Shown here piece after piece: positions 21,714 through 32,248 of a stretch of DNA of 64,000 nucleotides. The notes beneath the pieces are model-generated. The model ran no database searches and was not told where the DNA came from. It saw nothing but the letters and a program-made list of their open reading frames with translations. Where the stretch lies: positions 544,001 through 608,000 of the forward strand of contig CAXXYH010000004.1 in NCBI GenBank assembly GCA_963677925.2, written 5' to 3'. How positions within the stretch are numbered: position 1 is the first letter of the stretch; every line of letters starts with the position of its first letter. Position numbers and translations under genes: made by a program. This DNA is from Spirochaetia bacterium. Its GTDB lineage: Bacteria > Spirochaetota > Spirochaetia > UBA9216.

Positions 21714-21745
21714 ATATTTTCTCCTTAATACTTTATGTATATTAA

Positions 21746-21766
21746 ATATAACCAATTTAGTTATAT
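21746..21766. promoter_or_regulatory. Palindromic operator candidate
   Basis: ATATAAC-CAATTTA-GTTATAT upstream of the DHOD-like/HMA operon. Confidence 0.45.
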
Positions 21767-21908
21767 ATTCCAAATTTTACAGATATCTATTTTATGAACC
21801 GGGATCGACCCCGACGTTCAGTATTATTACTGCCGACTTATTTTATTGTTGGTGAAAAATAAGAACTGTATTAAAATCTTAGATATTTTTAGAACAGCAG
21901 AGATTAAA

Positions 21909-22361
21909 ATGAATATAGATGAAGTGAATAAAAGTGTAAAAAAACTGATCGAAAAACAGTACTCATGCAGCCAGATTACGCTTGGTGTTCTCTCCGGGGA
22001 AATAGGAATGGATATTGATAAGGCAATGAGGATTGCCTCATGTTTCGGCGGGGGGATGGGCCGCGGTGATACCTGCGGAGCTGTCTCCGGAGCTCTGATG
22101 GCGATAGGCTTTCTGTCAGGCGGTACACCTGAAGAAAAAGAAGTTAATCACGAGCGTACCTCCGAATTTGTAAATGCTTTTATTGAAAGGACAGGAAGCT
22201 GCTACTGCAGGGATCACCTTGGCTTTGATTTGTCCACTCCGGAGGGAGGGGAGATGATGCAGAGCCTTCATGAAGCCGGAACACCGCCGGAAATTTGTGA
22301 AACACTGATGAATACAGTAGTAGAGATGGTGCTTGAAAGGCTTGAAAGCTTCAGGCGCTGA
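21909..22361 (+). CDS. C-GCAxxG-C-C family putative redox protein
   Basis: YSCSQ, FGGGMG..DTCGAVSG, GSCYCRD, C-terminal Cys; start likely MNIDEV. Confidence 0.88.
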   Translation: MNIDEVNKSVKKLIEKQYSCSQITLGVLSGEIGMDIDKAMRIASCFGGGMGRGDTCGAVSGALMAIGFLSGGTPEEKEVNHERTSEFVNAFIERTGSCYCRDHLGFDLSTPEGGEMMQSLHEAGTPPEICETLMNTVVEMVLERLESFRR

Positions 22362-22364
22362 TTA

Positions 22365-22958
22365 TCAGACCCCGGGTTTATAAACCATCAGTACAAAAAC
22401 AATCACCAGCGGAATTACTCCCGCAAGTGAAATTTTAAGCCGCATCCGCAGAAGCCTCATCAGTTCATCTGGTATTGTTTCCGCTTCAGCCGGAATTCCG
22501 GCTGTAAGCTCCTTTATTTTATATTGGGTGGGAATATCGCTTATTACCCAGATTGCCCCTGAAAGCAGGAATAGAATGAAAGCAGTCAGAAGCCATCCGA
22601 TTTTCCAGATATCACCTATTATCAGGGTCAGTATTATTCCACTGGTAATACCTATTATCAGCATTGGCGTAGAGAAGCGTGCATCAAGCCAGGCCACAGT
22701 CCTGTAGGTGTGAAGGATAACGTCCTTGCGGCCGGAATTAAGGCTCCGGTATTCCCATAGCGTTCCGACTACTGCATTAGCGAAAAAGAGTGTTACCGAA
22801 ATAATATGAAGAAACAGGACATGCGGATAAAGACCTGACTTACCAAGCAGCGCCCTTATTTCACTGTAGAAAATAATACCGGTGACAGCCAGGGCCGCCA
22901 TTATAATGATAAAAAGAATTAGAATGAGTTTTGAGTTTTTGTCAGTCTTATCTGTCAT
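22365..22958 (-). CDS. DUF2269-family membrane protein
   Basis: LFLHIIS helix, several TM segments, C-terminal LMVYKP. Confidence 0.75.
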   Translation of the reverse strand: MTDKTDKNSKLILILFIIIMAALAVTGIIFYSEIRALLGKSGLYPHVLFLHIISVTLFFANAVVGTLWEYRSLNSGRKDVILHTYRTVAWLDARFSTPMLIIGITSGIILTLIIGDIWKIGWLLTAFILFLLSGAIWVISDIPTQYKIKELTAGIPAEAETIPDELMRLLRMRLKISLAGVIPLVIVFVLMVYKPGV

Positions 22959-25624
22959 TAATTTGTTCCATTCATATCAAGCAGAACTTTCTGCAGAATT
23001 CCGCCGCAAAGGTAGTATTCAATTTCCGCAAGGCTGTCCAGCCGGACTTTTATATTAAATGATTTCTCAGTTCCGTCAGCGGAGACGGCTCTTATACCGA
23101 TACATTCACCAGGGCCGAATCCTTCCGGCAGTCCGTCGATTTCATAGGTTTCAAGGCCGGTCAGCCCCAGAACTTCAGCAGATTCTCCGTTAACAAATTC
23201 AAGCGGAAGGACTCCCATTCCTACAAGGTTGCTTCTGTGAATCCTTTCGTAGCTTTGAGCTAATACTGCCTTAACACCAAGGAGGTTTGTTCCCTTGGCC
23301 GCCCAGTCCCTGGAGCTTCCGGTTCCGTATTCCTTTCCGGCAATGACTATCAGCGGAATCTCTGCGTTTTTATATGCTGCTGCCGCATCAAAAACCGATT
23401 CCGTATTTCCGTTAAGCTGATTAAGCGTGTAGCCGCCCTCTTTATCAGTCAGTTTATTCCGTATCCTGACATTGGCGAATGTTCCGCGCATCATTACCTC
23501 ATGGTTGCCGCGGCGGCTGCCGTATGAATTGAAATCACCCACAGCAACTCCGGCGGATGTCAGGTAAATGCCCGCAGGGCTTCCGGCGCCAATGCTTCCT
23601 GCAGGGGATATATGATCGGTAGTAATGGAATCGCCGAGAAACAGCAGCGCCTTTGCACCTTTGACAGGTGCGATTGACTCTTTCCGCTCTAAATCCACGA
23701 AGAAGTCAGGTTCCCTGATATATGTGGAGTCTTCCTCCCACTGATAGCAGGAGCTGCCGGCTGATTCTATCGCATTCCATACAGGATTATTGTCGAATAC
23801 TACGGCATATTGCTTCGTAAAGATTTCTTTCGTTACAGACTTTGAAATTAAATCCTGAATATCAACAGAGTCCGGCCAGATATCTTTAAGATATACAGGC
23901 TTTCCTGAGCTGCCGGTGCCCAGCGGATCCTTCTCAAAATCGATGTCTATTCTTCCGGCCAGGGCATATGCGACCACAAGCATCGGGGAAGCAAGATAAT
24001 TAGCCTTTATTTTACTGTGAATACGGCCTTCAAAATTCCTGTTCCCGCTGAGTACTGAAGCGGCTACAAGATCCTCTTTTTCTATCTCATCCTCGAACTC
24101 AGGTTTCAGCGGGCCGCTGTTGCCGATGCATGTAGCGCACCCGTATCCTGCAATATAAAAGCCCAGAGTTTCCAGAGCTTCAAGAACCCCGGAATTTTTC
24201 AGATACTCGGTAACAACCATTGAGCCGGGAGTCAGAGAGGTTTTTACGTAATCAGGGACGGTAAGGCCTTTCTCAACCGCCTTCCTGGCCAGAAGTCCCG
24301 CGCCTATCATCACAAATGGATTTGAAGTATTAGTGCAGCTTGTAATTGCTGCAAGAACAACGGAGCCATGGCGGAGCTTTCCGACCTTCTTTGCTGCTGC
24401 ATCAATTGTTTTTCCATACCCCCCGTCTTTTACCGGCTTCACCAGTTCTGATAAAAAGGCTTCTGAAACTGCTTCCAGATCAAGTCTGTCCTGCGGTCGC
24501 TTCGGGCCGGCCAGAGACGCTTTTACCGTGGATAGATCGAGATCAATTGTACGGCTGTAAACACCGGGATTGTCCTCGATGCCGAAAAGTCCCTGAGTGC
24601 TCAGGTATGCCCTGACAACATCAAGGTGTTTTTCATCACGGCCGGTCATTTTCAGGTAGTCGAGAGTAACATCGTCAACGCCGAAATATCCCATAGTCGC
24701 TCCGTATTCCGGCGACATGTTTGAGACAGTTGCGCGGTCGGGAAGGCTGAGGGTTTTAATTCCGTCCCCGAAGAACTCAACAAACTTACCTACTACCTTA
24801 TGCTCGCGCAGAAGCTGAGTAACCCTTAAGGCGAGGTCGGTTGCTGTTACTCCCTCCTTCAGTTTTCCTGAAAGATTTACGCCTACTACTTCGGGCATAA
24901 CCATATAGACCGGCTGTCCAAGCATTCCTGCTTCAGCCTCAATTCCACCGACGCCCCATCCTACAACCCCGATTCCGTTAATCATGGTTGTATGTGAGTC
25001 GGTCCCTATCAGGGTATCAGGGTAGAGAAGGCCCTTATCTTCGGTAACTACTGTAGCAAGGTATTCAAGGTTTACCTGATGAATAATTCCGGTGGCGGGC
25101 GGAACGGTCCGGAAATTCTGAAGCGACTCCCTGGCCCACTTCAGGAATCTGTAGCGTTCCCCGTTCCGATCAAACTCTTTATTCATATTAATTTTCAGGC
25201 TTTCAGGTTTTCCGTAATCATCAACCATAACAGAATGATCGACTATGAGGTCCACAGGAACCTTCGGGTTTATCAGCTCAGGATTAAGCCCCATTGACCT
25301 GACCGCCTCACGCATTGCCGCAAGATCAACAACCGCCGGCACTCCGGTAAAATCCTGCATGACAATTCTTGACGGAACAAAGGGTATTTCACCCTCCGCG
25401 GCCTTTGTTCCGTACTGAGGAAACCTGAGCAGATGCTGAGGTTCAATAAGTGTCCCGTCGAAGTTTCTGATTGCTCCCTCAAGCAGGATCTTGATAGTCC
25501 GGGGAATCTCAGCCTGACTGTTAAATCGGGTTAGAAATTTGTTTATGCTGTAATAGCGGTATGTCTTATCTGAAACAGTAATTTCTGAAAGGTAGTCGTC
25601 TTTTAATATTTTTTCATCGTTCAT
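22958..25624 (-). CDS. acnA: Aconitate hydratase A
   Basis: MQDFTGVP, DHSV, IIHQVNLE, GTDSHT, ITSCTNTSNP, GCATCIGNSG, GSSRDWAAKG. Confidence 0.97.
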   Translation of the reverse strand: MNDEKILKDDYLSEITVSDKTYRYYSINKFLTRFNSQAEIPRTIKILLEGAIRNFDGTLIEPQHLLRFPQYGTKAAEGEIPFVPSRIVMQDFTGVPAVVDLAAMREAVRSMGLNPELINPKVPVDLIVDHSVMVDDYGKPESLKINMNKEFDRNGERYRFLKWARESLQNFRTVPPATGIIHQVNLEYLATVVTEDKGLLYPDTLIGTDSHTTMINGIGVVGWGVGGIEAEAGMLGQPVYMVMPEVVGVNLSGKLKEGVTATDLALRVTQLLREHKVVGKFVEFFGDGIKTLSLPDRATVSNMSPEYGATMGYFGVDDVTLDYLKMTGRDEKHLDVVRAYLSTQGLFGIEDNPGVYSRTIDLDLSTVKASLAGPKRPQDRLDLEAVSEAFLSELVKPVKDGGYGKTIDAAAKKVGKLRHGSVVLAAITSCTNTSNPFVMIGAGLLARKAVEKGLTVPDYVKTSLTPGSMVVTEYLKNSGVLEALETLGFYIAGYGCATCIGNSGPLKPEFEDEIEKEDLVAASVLSGNRNFEGRIHSKIKANYLASPMLVVAYALAGRIDIDFEKDPLGTGSSGKPVYLKDIWPDSVDIQDLISKSVTKEIFTKQYAVVFDNNPVWNAIESAGSSCYQWEEDSTYIREPDFFVDLERKESIAPVKGAKALLFLGDSITTDHISPAGSIGAGSPAGIYLTSAGVAVGDFNSYGSRRGNHEVMMRGTFANVRIRNKLTDKEGGYTLNQLNGNTESVFDAAAAYKNAEIPLIVIAGKEYGTGSSRDWAAKGTNLLGVKAVLAQSYERIHRSNLVGMGVLPLEFVNGESAEVLGLTGLETYEIDGLPEGFGPGECIGIRAVSADGTEKSFNIKVRLDSLAEIEYYLCGGILQKVLLDMNGTN

Positions 25625-25666
25625 AGATAAAGGTTAGTCAAAGAGTCTGGGTCTGTCAAATGGAAT

Positions 25667-25684
25667 CCCCGGAAAAATCCGGGG
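25667..25684. terminator. Hairpin, putative terminator of the lipoprotein operon
   Basis: CCCCGGA-AAAA-TCCGGGG. Confidence 0.55.
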
Positions 25685-25712
25685 TAATTCAGGTATTATA
25701 TTTAAAAAATTA

Positions 25713-27899
25713 TTAATGTAGACCGCCCCAAAAGGATTTTAACGAGTTCAACCATTCCCAAAGAAAATCAAAGCCTTCTGAGAGTGTAACCTCTCTATTG
25801 TTTTGTATTGTCTGAGAAGGATTCTTCTCAACCAAGACTTCATATATTTCACAAGAAGGATCATAAACCGTATCACGTTTATTTCCTGTAATTGTATAAA
25901 AAGACTTTAAAGTTCCTGCTGTCAGGTTTAATAGTTCACTCATGACTAAGTATGAACTATCTAAACCTCCTTGGGCGATTTGAAAATTATATTGTTTTGT
26001 TTCAGAATCATAATCTGGTAAACCAATTTCTAAAAGAATTGTAGGGTATTGCTCTGTTGATTCAGAAAAATCTTTTCTGCCAATATCTAAGATCCAGAAA
26101 TTGCCATCAAACTCAGGCTCCATGAATGTTTGTGAATACCCATCCGGATAGGATACTCGGATGGGATCTGTAATTCCGATACCAGAAGAAACCCATTCAA
26201 GTCCCCAGTTATTAAGCTCATATAGTCTAATCCATTTAGGTTCAAAATTTAGGGATATGATTGGATGATAATATAAATTTGATTTATCAAATTTGTTAAA
26301 ATTACCGAAATGATATGTTAAAATATTTGGAAGGCTGAAATAATTAAATTTACCATAAAAGTTTTTTCTCCAAGAAAACCAAGTCATTTCAGAAGATGCT
26401 ATAAGCTTAGGGATTGTTTCAAAGGCCAACCCATATTCAGACTCTAATATTTCATCGATGTAATTTTTTGTATTAGAAGTCTCAATTAAAGGAGCAGTAT
26501 TGTTTTGAATTTCATTAGTTCCAGGCACTTTAATATATCTCTGTAGATAACTCTGTTCCCCATCACTTTTTATTAGTGTATTTCCAGATTCAAGTTGCGT
26601 ATCTTTTAAATTTGAAGTAAAAACTGAAAAAAATTCATCTGTTAAGTTATGTCCATTTATTTCTAATCCATCTTGCAAATCGACATGGTTAATATAAACA
26701 CGATAATAAAAATAATCTGTTAAGCTATCCAATTCTACACTATTAAGGATAATAGACTTGTCTATTGTATATTCCAACTGAGGTATCGCTTCAGTATCTA
26801 ATAAAGTAGTGCCCGAAGAATCCCATTGTTTAATTTGAAAATTATAAATAGCATCAGTAATAGAAATATCACTTGCTAAAATTGGGATTTGTTTCACTAT
26901 GCGTTTATCTTTATCATAAATTCCAACTTTAAAAGTTATGTCGGATGAACTTGCATAACTGTTTACTTTAAAGTTAAGATTTAAAGTTGTTCCTGAAAGA
27001 GATGTATTACTATAATAAATCAGAGTAGCTGCTGTTTGTTTTACAATATCACGTATTTCTTCAACTTGGGCACTATTTGGAAGTGAACCTGTATATTTAC
27101 TTAATATTCTATCATCAGAAATCATATTAATTGTTAGGCCGCAATCTGATGTTGTCTGATATGAATTTGAAGTATCAATAGCAATAAACCTCATGATATA
27201 ATCCTGATCAAATATAGAAGTGTTGGGTTCTGTATTTGTGCTGTGCCGGTTTGATGATGAAAGATATGGAATGTACACAGTTGACTTCGAATTTGCAATA
27301 TCAAATCCATATAACACTTCTTTTCCAGATTGAAAAGGAATATTATAGCTCCAAATACGTACCAACATATCAGGAGTTAGCTCGTCAATTTCTGAAGGGC
27401 TAAGAGGTAAGTCGAAATTTATATGAAGTATATTTTGAAAAATATTTGAATTCTTATAAAGCTCAAATCCACTTTTTAATTGAGTTATAGCTGAGGATGG
27501 AATTTTGAACCTTTCAGTAATTTGCACATCTGTGTCATCATATGGTTGGCTTAATGCCATATATAAGTCAATATCACTAATATCTAAATAGGTTGAAACC
27601 TCGAATTCAATATGTACAGAAGAATTAGAATGAATATAAATATTTGAACCATTAATTAGACAGGGAACCAAACGTCCTGCCCACTGTCTGATTTCAGTTT
27701 CATCAGTTATGTTACGAGAATTATTACTTTCTTTTGAGTTAGTAGCGTCAATTCCGATTGTATCAAATCCAAAATACTCAATTGTGAGATTCGCGTTTGA
27801 TTCTATTACACCATCTGGTAGCCATAAATTACAACTGAATAAAAATATTAAAAGTATTACTATAATTAAATACTGGGTTCTATCTTTTTTATATTTCAT
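25713..27899 (-). CDS. Large hypothetical lipoprotein (AT-rich gene)
   Basis: 728 aa ORF with lipobox LIFLFSC; two loosely similar internal segments; no recognised domain. Confidence 0.7.
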   Translation of the reverse strand: MKYKKDRTQYLIIVILLIFLFSCNLWLPDGVIESNANLTIEYFGFDTIGIDATNSKESNNSRNITDETEIRQWAGRLVPCLINGSNIYIHSNSSVHIEFEVSTYLDISDIDLYMALSQPYDDTDVQITERFKIPSSAITQLKSGFELYKNSNIFQNILHINFDLPLSPSEIDELTPDMLVRIWSYNIPFQSGKEVLYGFDIANSKSTVYIPYLSSSNRHSTNTEPNTSIFDQDYIMRFIAIDTSNSYQTTSDCGLTINMISDDRILSKYTGSLPNSAQVEEIRDIVKQTAATLIYYSNTSLSGTTLNLNFKVNSYASSSDITFKVGIYDKDKRIVKQIPILASDISITDAIYNFQIKQWDSSGTTLLDTEAIPQLEYTIDKSIILNSVELDSLTDYFYYRVYINHVDLQDGLEINGHNLTDEFFSVFTSNLKDTQLESGNTLIKSDGEQSYLQRYIKVPGTNEIQNNTAPLIETSNTKNYIDEILESEYGLAFETIPKLIASSEMTWFSWRKNFYGKFNYFSLPNILTYHFGNFNKFDKSNLYYHPIISLNFEPKWIRLYELNNWGLEWVSSGIGITDPIRVSYPDGYSQTFMEPEFDGNFWILDIGRKDFSESTEQYPTILLEIGLPDYDSETKQYNFQIAQGGLDSSYLVMSELLNLTAGTLKSFYTITGNKRDTVYDPSCEIYEVLVEKNPSQTIQNNREVTLSEGFDFLWEWLNSLKSFWGGLH

Positions 27900-28812
27900 C
27901 TGATTCGCTCCTACGGATATTTACGATATATGTTTTTTGAGACACACCATCCTCTGAGGTAATAAAAATATTCAGGATGTTATTTCCATATTCAAGCGGA
28001 AACCCTGAATAAATTTCTCCAGAAGATAATAGAATGCTGTCATTGGCAAGAATTGAAATGTTTGAATCCGTTCCAAAAAACTCAAAGCTTATGTTTTCTA
28101 CATTGACAGCTACCTGATTAGTATATGTGTAAGTGTTTGTATCAAAAGCGGGATCCAATATGCCGTCAGAAAATAATACAGATGATAATGATGCTGCGGT
28201 CCCTGCCGAATTACGGGTAACCGATATTGAGTATTCGGATTCAGAAGTACCGGAACTGTCCGATAGCTTAATTGTAATGGAATTATCTCCTTCAGCAAGA
28301 TCTACCGTCGAATTATCTTCTATCCCATTTATTTTGGTAATCAAATCCGTTTTACCTGGAATTGTAAATACTTCCAAGCTGGTACATGAATATGAAACTG
28401 AGGTTGAATATTCATAAATATCTGAAGAAAATTCCGGGATAAGAAGGCCTTCAGAAAGATAGAGATTATACAATCTTGTATCCACTGAATTAACAACGTT
28501 TACTGTACATGTAGCATAATCCCCGGTTTTTGTTTCACCAATGAAAATTTCTGCGGTACCCAGGCTCTCAGCTGTTAAGGTCCACTGAAAATCTGTGTCG
28601 GGGATGACCTCAATCGAAACGATGTCGTTATCGCTCGAATTCCACCACATGTAAGATTCGTCACTGCGCGGCAGAATAGTTGCAGATAATGTCTTGATAT
28701 CCCCAACGTTCATTTCAACTTCTGTATTATCCAAAGTTATTGATGTTATTGGATTACATCCAATAAGAAGCAGCAATAACGGACCGATAATAAGCCACCT
28801 TCTTTTTGTCAT
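27889..28812 (-). CDS. Lipoprotein with Big_2 Ig-like domain and two cadherin-like beta-sandwich domains
   Basis: LLLIGC; ITLDNTEVEMNVGD..LSATILP...WNSSDNDIV; L.P.F....Y.Y...V and L.EG.N.I.I...YxI.VxR repeats. Confidence 0.85.
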   Translation of the reverse strand: MTKRRWLIIGPLLLLLIGCNPITSITLDNTEVEMNVGDIKTLSATILPRSDESYMWWNSSDNDIVSIEVIPDTDFQWTLTAESLGTAEIFIGETKTGDYATCTVNVVNSVDTRLYNLYLSEGLLIPEFSSDIYEYSTSVSYSCTSLEVFTIPGKTDLITKINGIEDNSTVDLAEGDNSITIKLSDSSGTSESEYSISVTRNSAGTAASLSSVLFSDGILDPAFDTNTYTYTNQVAVNVENISFEFFGTDSNISILANDSILLSSGEIYSGFPLEYGNNILNIFITSEDGVSQKTYIVNIRRSESDEI

Positions 28813-28827
28813 GTTTTTCTCCTCTTG

Positions 28828-29211
28828 CTAATTATCTGAAAAGCTTGATAGCTCTACATATTCCTGATCAATTATGTATTGTGAATCTCCATCCTGTATA
28901 ACGGCCGAGATATAAATGAAATTCAGATCTAATTGCACAGATACTTCCTGCAGTTTTCCAACTTCAGCGTTTGAAACTTCAATCAGCAGTTCAGCCTCTT
29001 GATCTGCAGTTTCGGTATAATATAAGGTTATATTGTCAATGTAGTAATTAAGGTTGTTGGTTGTTTGAGCTCCGAATTTCAGGATGCCGGGATATAGCTT
29101 ATAAAAGATAGTTATTTCATCAATTTCGTTACGACACCCTGTTGAAGATATAAAAAAAAGGGATATAAGGAGTAAGCCTTTCATAAATTTTGATAGTAAA
29201 TTAAGTTTCAT
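28828..29211 (-). CDS. Hypothetical lipoprotein
   Basis: Lipobox FISSTGC; co-oriented within the operon. Confidence 0.65.
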   Translation of the reverse strand: MKLNLLSKFMKGLLLISLFFISSTGCRNEIDEITIFYKLYPGILKFGAQTTNNLNYYIDNITLYYTETADQEAELLIEVSNAEVGKLQEVSVQLDLNFIYISAVIQDGDSQYIIDQEYVELSSFSDN

Positions 29212-29226
29212 AATTTATAATTATTT

Positions 29227-29673
29227 TCAATAATAGGTGATTGCTTTACTGTCCTTGTATAAAACTGAATATGAGCCATCATAGTTATCTTCCTCGAGAC
29301 TTAATTCAATCGTATAAGGCTCAAGATATGAAGCATTTTCCTCAGGTTCAAATGTCGCACTTACCGGAATAATGCCTGTTTTAGTCGTAAGAGTGTTTGA
29401 TTCATTATTTAAAAGTGTACCTATATACGGCCATTTGTCATCTGTAAATCTTAGAGTCACAACTATCCGATAAGTCTTCTCAATATCAAAATCTGTTATA
29501 TTGTATTTAAGGTAGATTTCTATAGAATCACCCTCTGATATTTCTGTCCCAGCTTCAGGGCTGACAGAAATAATTTCCAGATAACTGGACTCAAATGAAC
29601 AGGAAGTGATTAAAATCGTTAATATAATTGTTAGTATTTTAAATATATTTTTCATATACAGCCTGAACTCCAA
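29227..29673 (-). CDS. Hypothetical lipoprotein, Ig-like
   Basis: MKNIFKILTIILTILITSC (start likely 29655); IISVSPEAG. Confidence 0.7.
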   Translation of the reverse strand: MEFRLYMKNIFKILTIILTILITSCSFESSYLEIISVSPEAGTEISEGDSIEIYLKYNITDFDIEKTYRIVVTLRFTDDKWPYIGTLLNNESNTLTTKTGIIPVSATFEPEENASYLEPYTIELSLEEDNYDGSYSVLYKDSKAITYY

Positions 29674-29814
29674 GGCGATTTAATGATTAGTATATTGATA
29701 TGATATAGCAGGTTTTCGATTCAGACAAAACATTTTTTATTTTTTACCAGCTTAGGGATAAATCTCCTAAGTTTTGCAGACTCAATTCTAATACAGTATA
29801 ATTAATATAGAACA

Positions 29815-32073
29815 ATGAATAATTCCCGGGGTGGTTCAGAACTTAAACTCTTTGGAAACCCCGTCCTGATGCAGGGCGGTATGGCGCTGCAGGTTTCCCG
29901 GAGGAAAATTTACGGCCTCCTTGCGTTTCTTGCCTTCTCAAAAAGACAGTACAGCAGGGACAGACTCTCTGATCTGTTTTGGCCGGCACAGGATGAAAAA
30001 CGTTCCCGCGGCAGTCTCCGCGTCCTTCTTTCTGAGATTCATAAAATCATGCCCCCGGAAATTCTTCCGGTATCAAATGAAATGATTGGTCCTCTAGATC
30101 TTCGTGCTGTATCTGTGGATACAGAAACCTTTCAGGAACTGATAACCCTGGTTCGTCATAATATGCATTCTGCAGATAAGAATGAAAAGTCCGGAAAACA
30201 GGCTGATGAGGATTTTTTATTAAAAGCAATCTCTCTTTACAGGGGAGATTTTTTGTCCGGCTTCAGTCTTAAAAATTGTCTGCAGTTCAGCGACTGGCAG
30301 CTTCAGCAATGCGAATTTCTGAATCGTGAGCTTTGTTTTGCACTTGAGTCTCTTGTTGCTATTTACGAAAAGAAGGCAGATTTTGAGAAGGGCATACATT
30401 ACTGCAGAAAGTATGTGGAGCAGGATTATCTTAATGAAGAAGCTCACTGTACAATGATGCGTTTATATGCCGCTTCCGGGCAGCGGAACCTTGCGGTTAA
30501 TCAGTTTCAATTATGTAAAAAAGCTCTTATTGAAGAACTTAATTTACGGCCTGAAGAGTCAACTTTTGAGCTGTATGAATCTATACTTCACAGCCGGCCT
30601 GTCCGGAAAAAATCTGAAAATATTGCTTCTCCGGTAAGGCCCAGAATTGCGGTTCTCCCTTTTAAAAACCTTACACATGAGCAGGAATGGTTCAGCGATG
30701 CGATGACTGATGCCCTGATTACCGAACTATCAGGTAAAAACACTCTTGAGGTGATCAGCTATAATTCGAGCCGGTATTTCAAAGACACTGAACGATCTGT
30801 ACGTCAGGTTGCTTCAGAACTCAGGGCTCATTACCTACTTGACGGATCAGTTGTTAAGTCAGGTGACGAAATCCGTATATCCGCCCGGCTGATTGAAGCT
30901 GCCGGAGAGCGTAATGTATGGGGTGAAAGCTATCATGGAAGCTTTTCAAATTTACTGGCGCTGCAGGGAAAGATTGCCGGGATGATTACAGGCTGCGTTA
31001 CCGGTGAAATTATCGGAAATCCTGAAAACGAACTGGAGGCTGATGTAAAAACAGAGGCCAAAGAAGCCTGCCTGATGGGTGATTTCTATTTAAGGAAAAG
31101 TGAAAGCGATGAAGAAATTGATAAAGCCAGAGGGTTTTATCAGAAGGCCGCCGAAATTGATTCCTCCTGCGCCGAAGCCTATGCAGGCCTTGCCTTTACT
31201 TATTTTTCCATTGCAGGAAACGGCAGGGATCTGCTGCCCACTGAAGAGGAAAAGGAACGGGTCCGTTTTTATACCGGGAAGGCATTAAAACTGGATCCGC
31301 GGAATTGCAGAGCCCGTATGATTCTTGCAGGCTCACACTGGGAGTGGGATTTTAATTTTTCTGCCGCCGAGAAAGAGTTTGATGAGGTATTAAGGATAAA
31401 TCCGAATAATATTGAAGCGCTATGCTGGTTTGCAGAACTGAAAATGCTTTTAGGTAAAATTGATGAAATGGGAGACCTGGTACAGAAGGCATACAGTTTA
31501 AACCCGATTGATTTTCTGAGCCTTGATCATATGTTCAGATACCATATAATGACGCTTCAGTATCGCCGCTGTTTTGAGATTATAGACAGGATTGAGGAGC
31601 TGTATCCCGGTCACAGCAGTACCTCATTTATGTATGCTTTAATGTTCATTCGTAATGGACAGTATGATAAGGCTGTAGGACATATAGAAAAAGCGTTAAG
31701 TATAATTCCAGAATTTGATGCGTACCGGAATGTTCTCTCTCTGGCTTATGCCGGGGCAGGACGGAACCAAGAGGCTTCCGGGATATTATCAGGAATGATG
31801 AAGGATCGGGAAAACGGAAAAAATATCAGGGCTTTTGATATAAGCCTTTCCTGTCATGCTGTAGGAAGGGATGAAGAGGCCCTTAACTGGCTGGAAGTTT
31901 CTCACAGGGAGGATAAAATGTACACATTTAACGCGTTGTTTATTCCCTCGTTCGGCGAGCTTCACTGGGATTCCCGGTTTCAGAATATTTTCTCCGATGA
32001 TGGTGTTCCGATGCAGCTTGAATATATCCGAAAAGCCCTGGATCTGCAGAAAGCCGGAGAGGCCTCCTCCTGA
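29815..32073 (+). CDS. SARP-type regulator: wHTH + BTAD + TolB-like + TPR
   Basis: LLAFLA...SRDRLSDLFWP (wHTH); AISLYRGDFL...FSDW...EEAHCTMMRLYA (BTAD); IAVLPFKNL...FSDAMTDALITELS (TolB-like); TPR repeats. Confidence 0.9.
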   Translation: MNNSRGGSELKLFGNPVLMQGGMALQVSRRKIYGLLAFLAFSKRQYSRDRLSDLFWPAQDEKRSRGSLRVLLSEIHKIMPPEILPVSNEMIGPLDLRAVSVDTETFQELITLVRHNMHSADKNEKSGKQADEDFLLKAISLYRGDFLSGFSLKNCLQFSDWQLQQCEFLNRELCFALESLVAIYEKKADFEKGIHYCRKYVEQDYLNEEAHCTMMRLYAASGQRNLAVNQFQLCKKALIEELNLRPEESTFELYESILHSRPVRKKSENIASPVRPRIAVLPFKNLTHEQEWFSDAMTDALITELSGKNTLEVISYNSSRYFKDTERSVRQVASELRAHYLLDGSVVKSGDEIRISARLIEAAGERNVWGESYHGSFSNLLALQGKIAGMITGCVTGEIIGNPENELEADVKTEAKEACLMGDFYLRKSESDEEIDKARGFYQKAAEIDSSCAEAYAGLAFTYFSIAGNGRDLLPTEEEKERVRFYTGKALKLDPRNCRARMILAGSHWEWDFNFSAAEKEFDEVLRINPNNIEALCWFAELKMLLGKIDEMGDLVQKAYSLNPIDFLSLDHMFRYHIMTLQYRRCFEIIDRIEELYPGHSSTSFMYALMFIRNGQYDKAVGHIEKALSIIPEFDAYRNVLSLAYAGAGRNQEASGILSGMMKDRENGKNIRAFDISLSCHAVGRDEEALNWLEVSHREDKMYTFNALFIPSFGELHWDSRFQNIFSDDGVPMQLEYIRKALDLQKAGEASS

Positions 32074-32153
32074 TATCAGTTTTACTGTCAGGATTAAAAG
32101 AATAGAAGAATCAATTTAATCATCCATCTCCAAAAAATTAATTTTAATTTTTT

Positions 32154-32195
32154 TGTAACGCATTTTGTAACAGCGGGTGAAACGCCGCTGTAATG
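32154..32195 (+). promoter_or_regulatory. Four tandem heptamer repeats (candidate SARP/wHTH sites)
   Basis: TGTAACG 32154, TGTAACA 32166, TGAAACG 32178, TGTAATG 32189; spacing 12/12/11 bp. Confidence 0.6.
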
Positions 32196-32248
32196 AGTGA
32201 ATCTTAGTCTTTCCTCATAACCGGAAATATCCGGAGAGGAAGGGCTTT

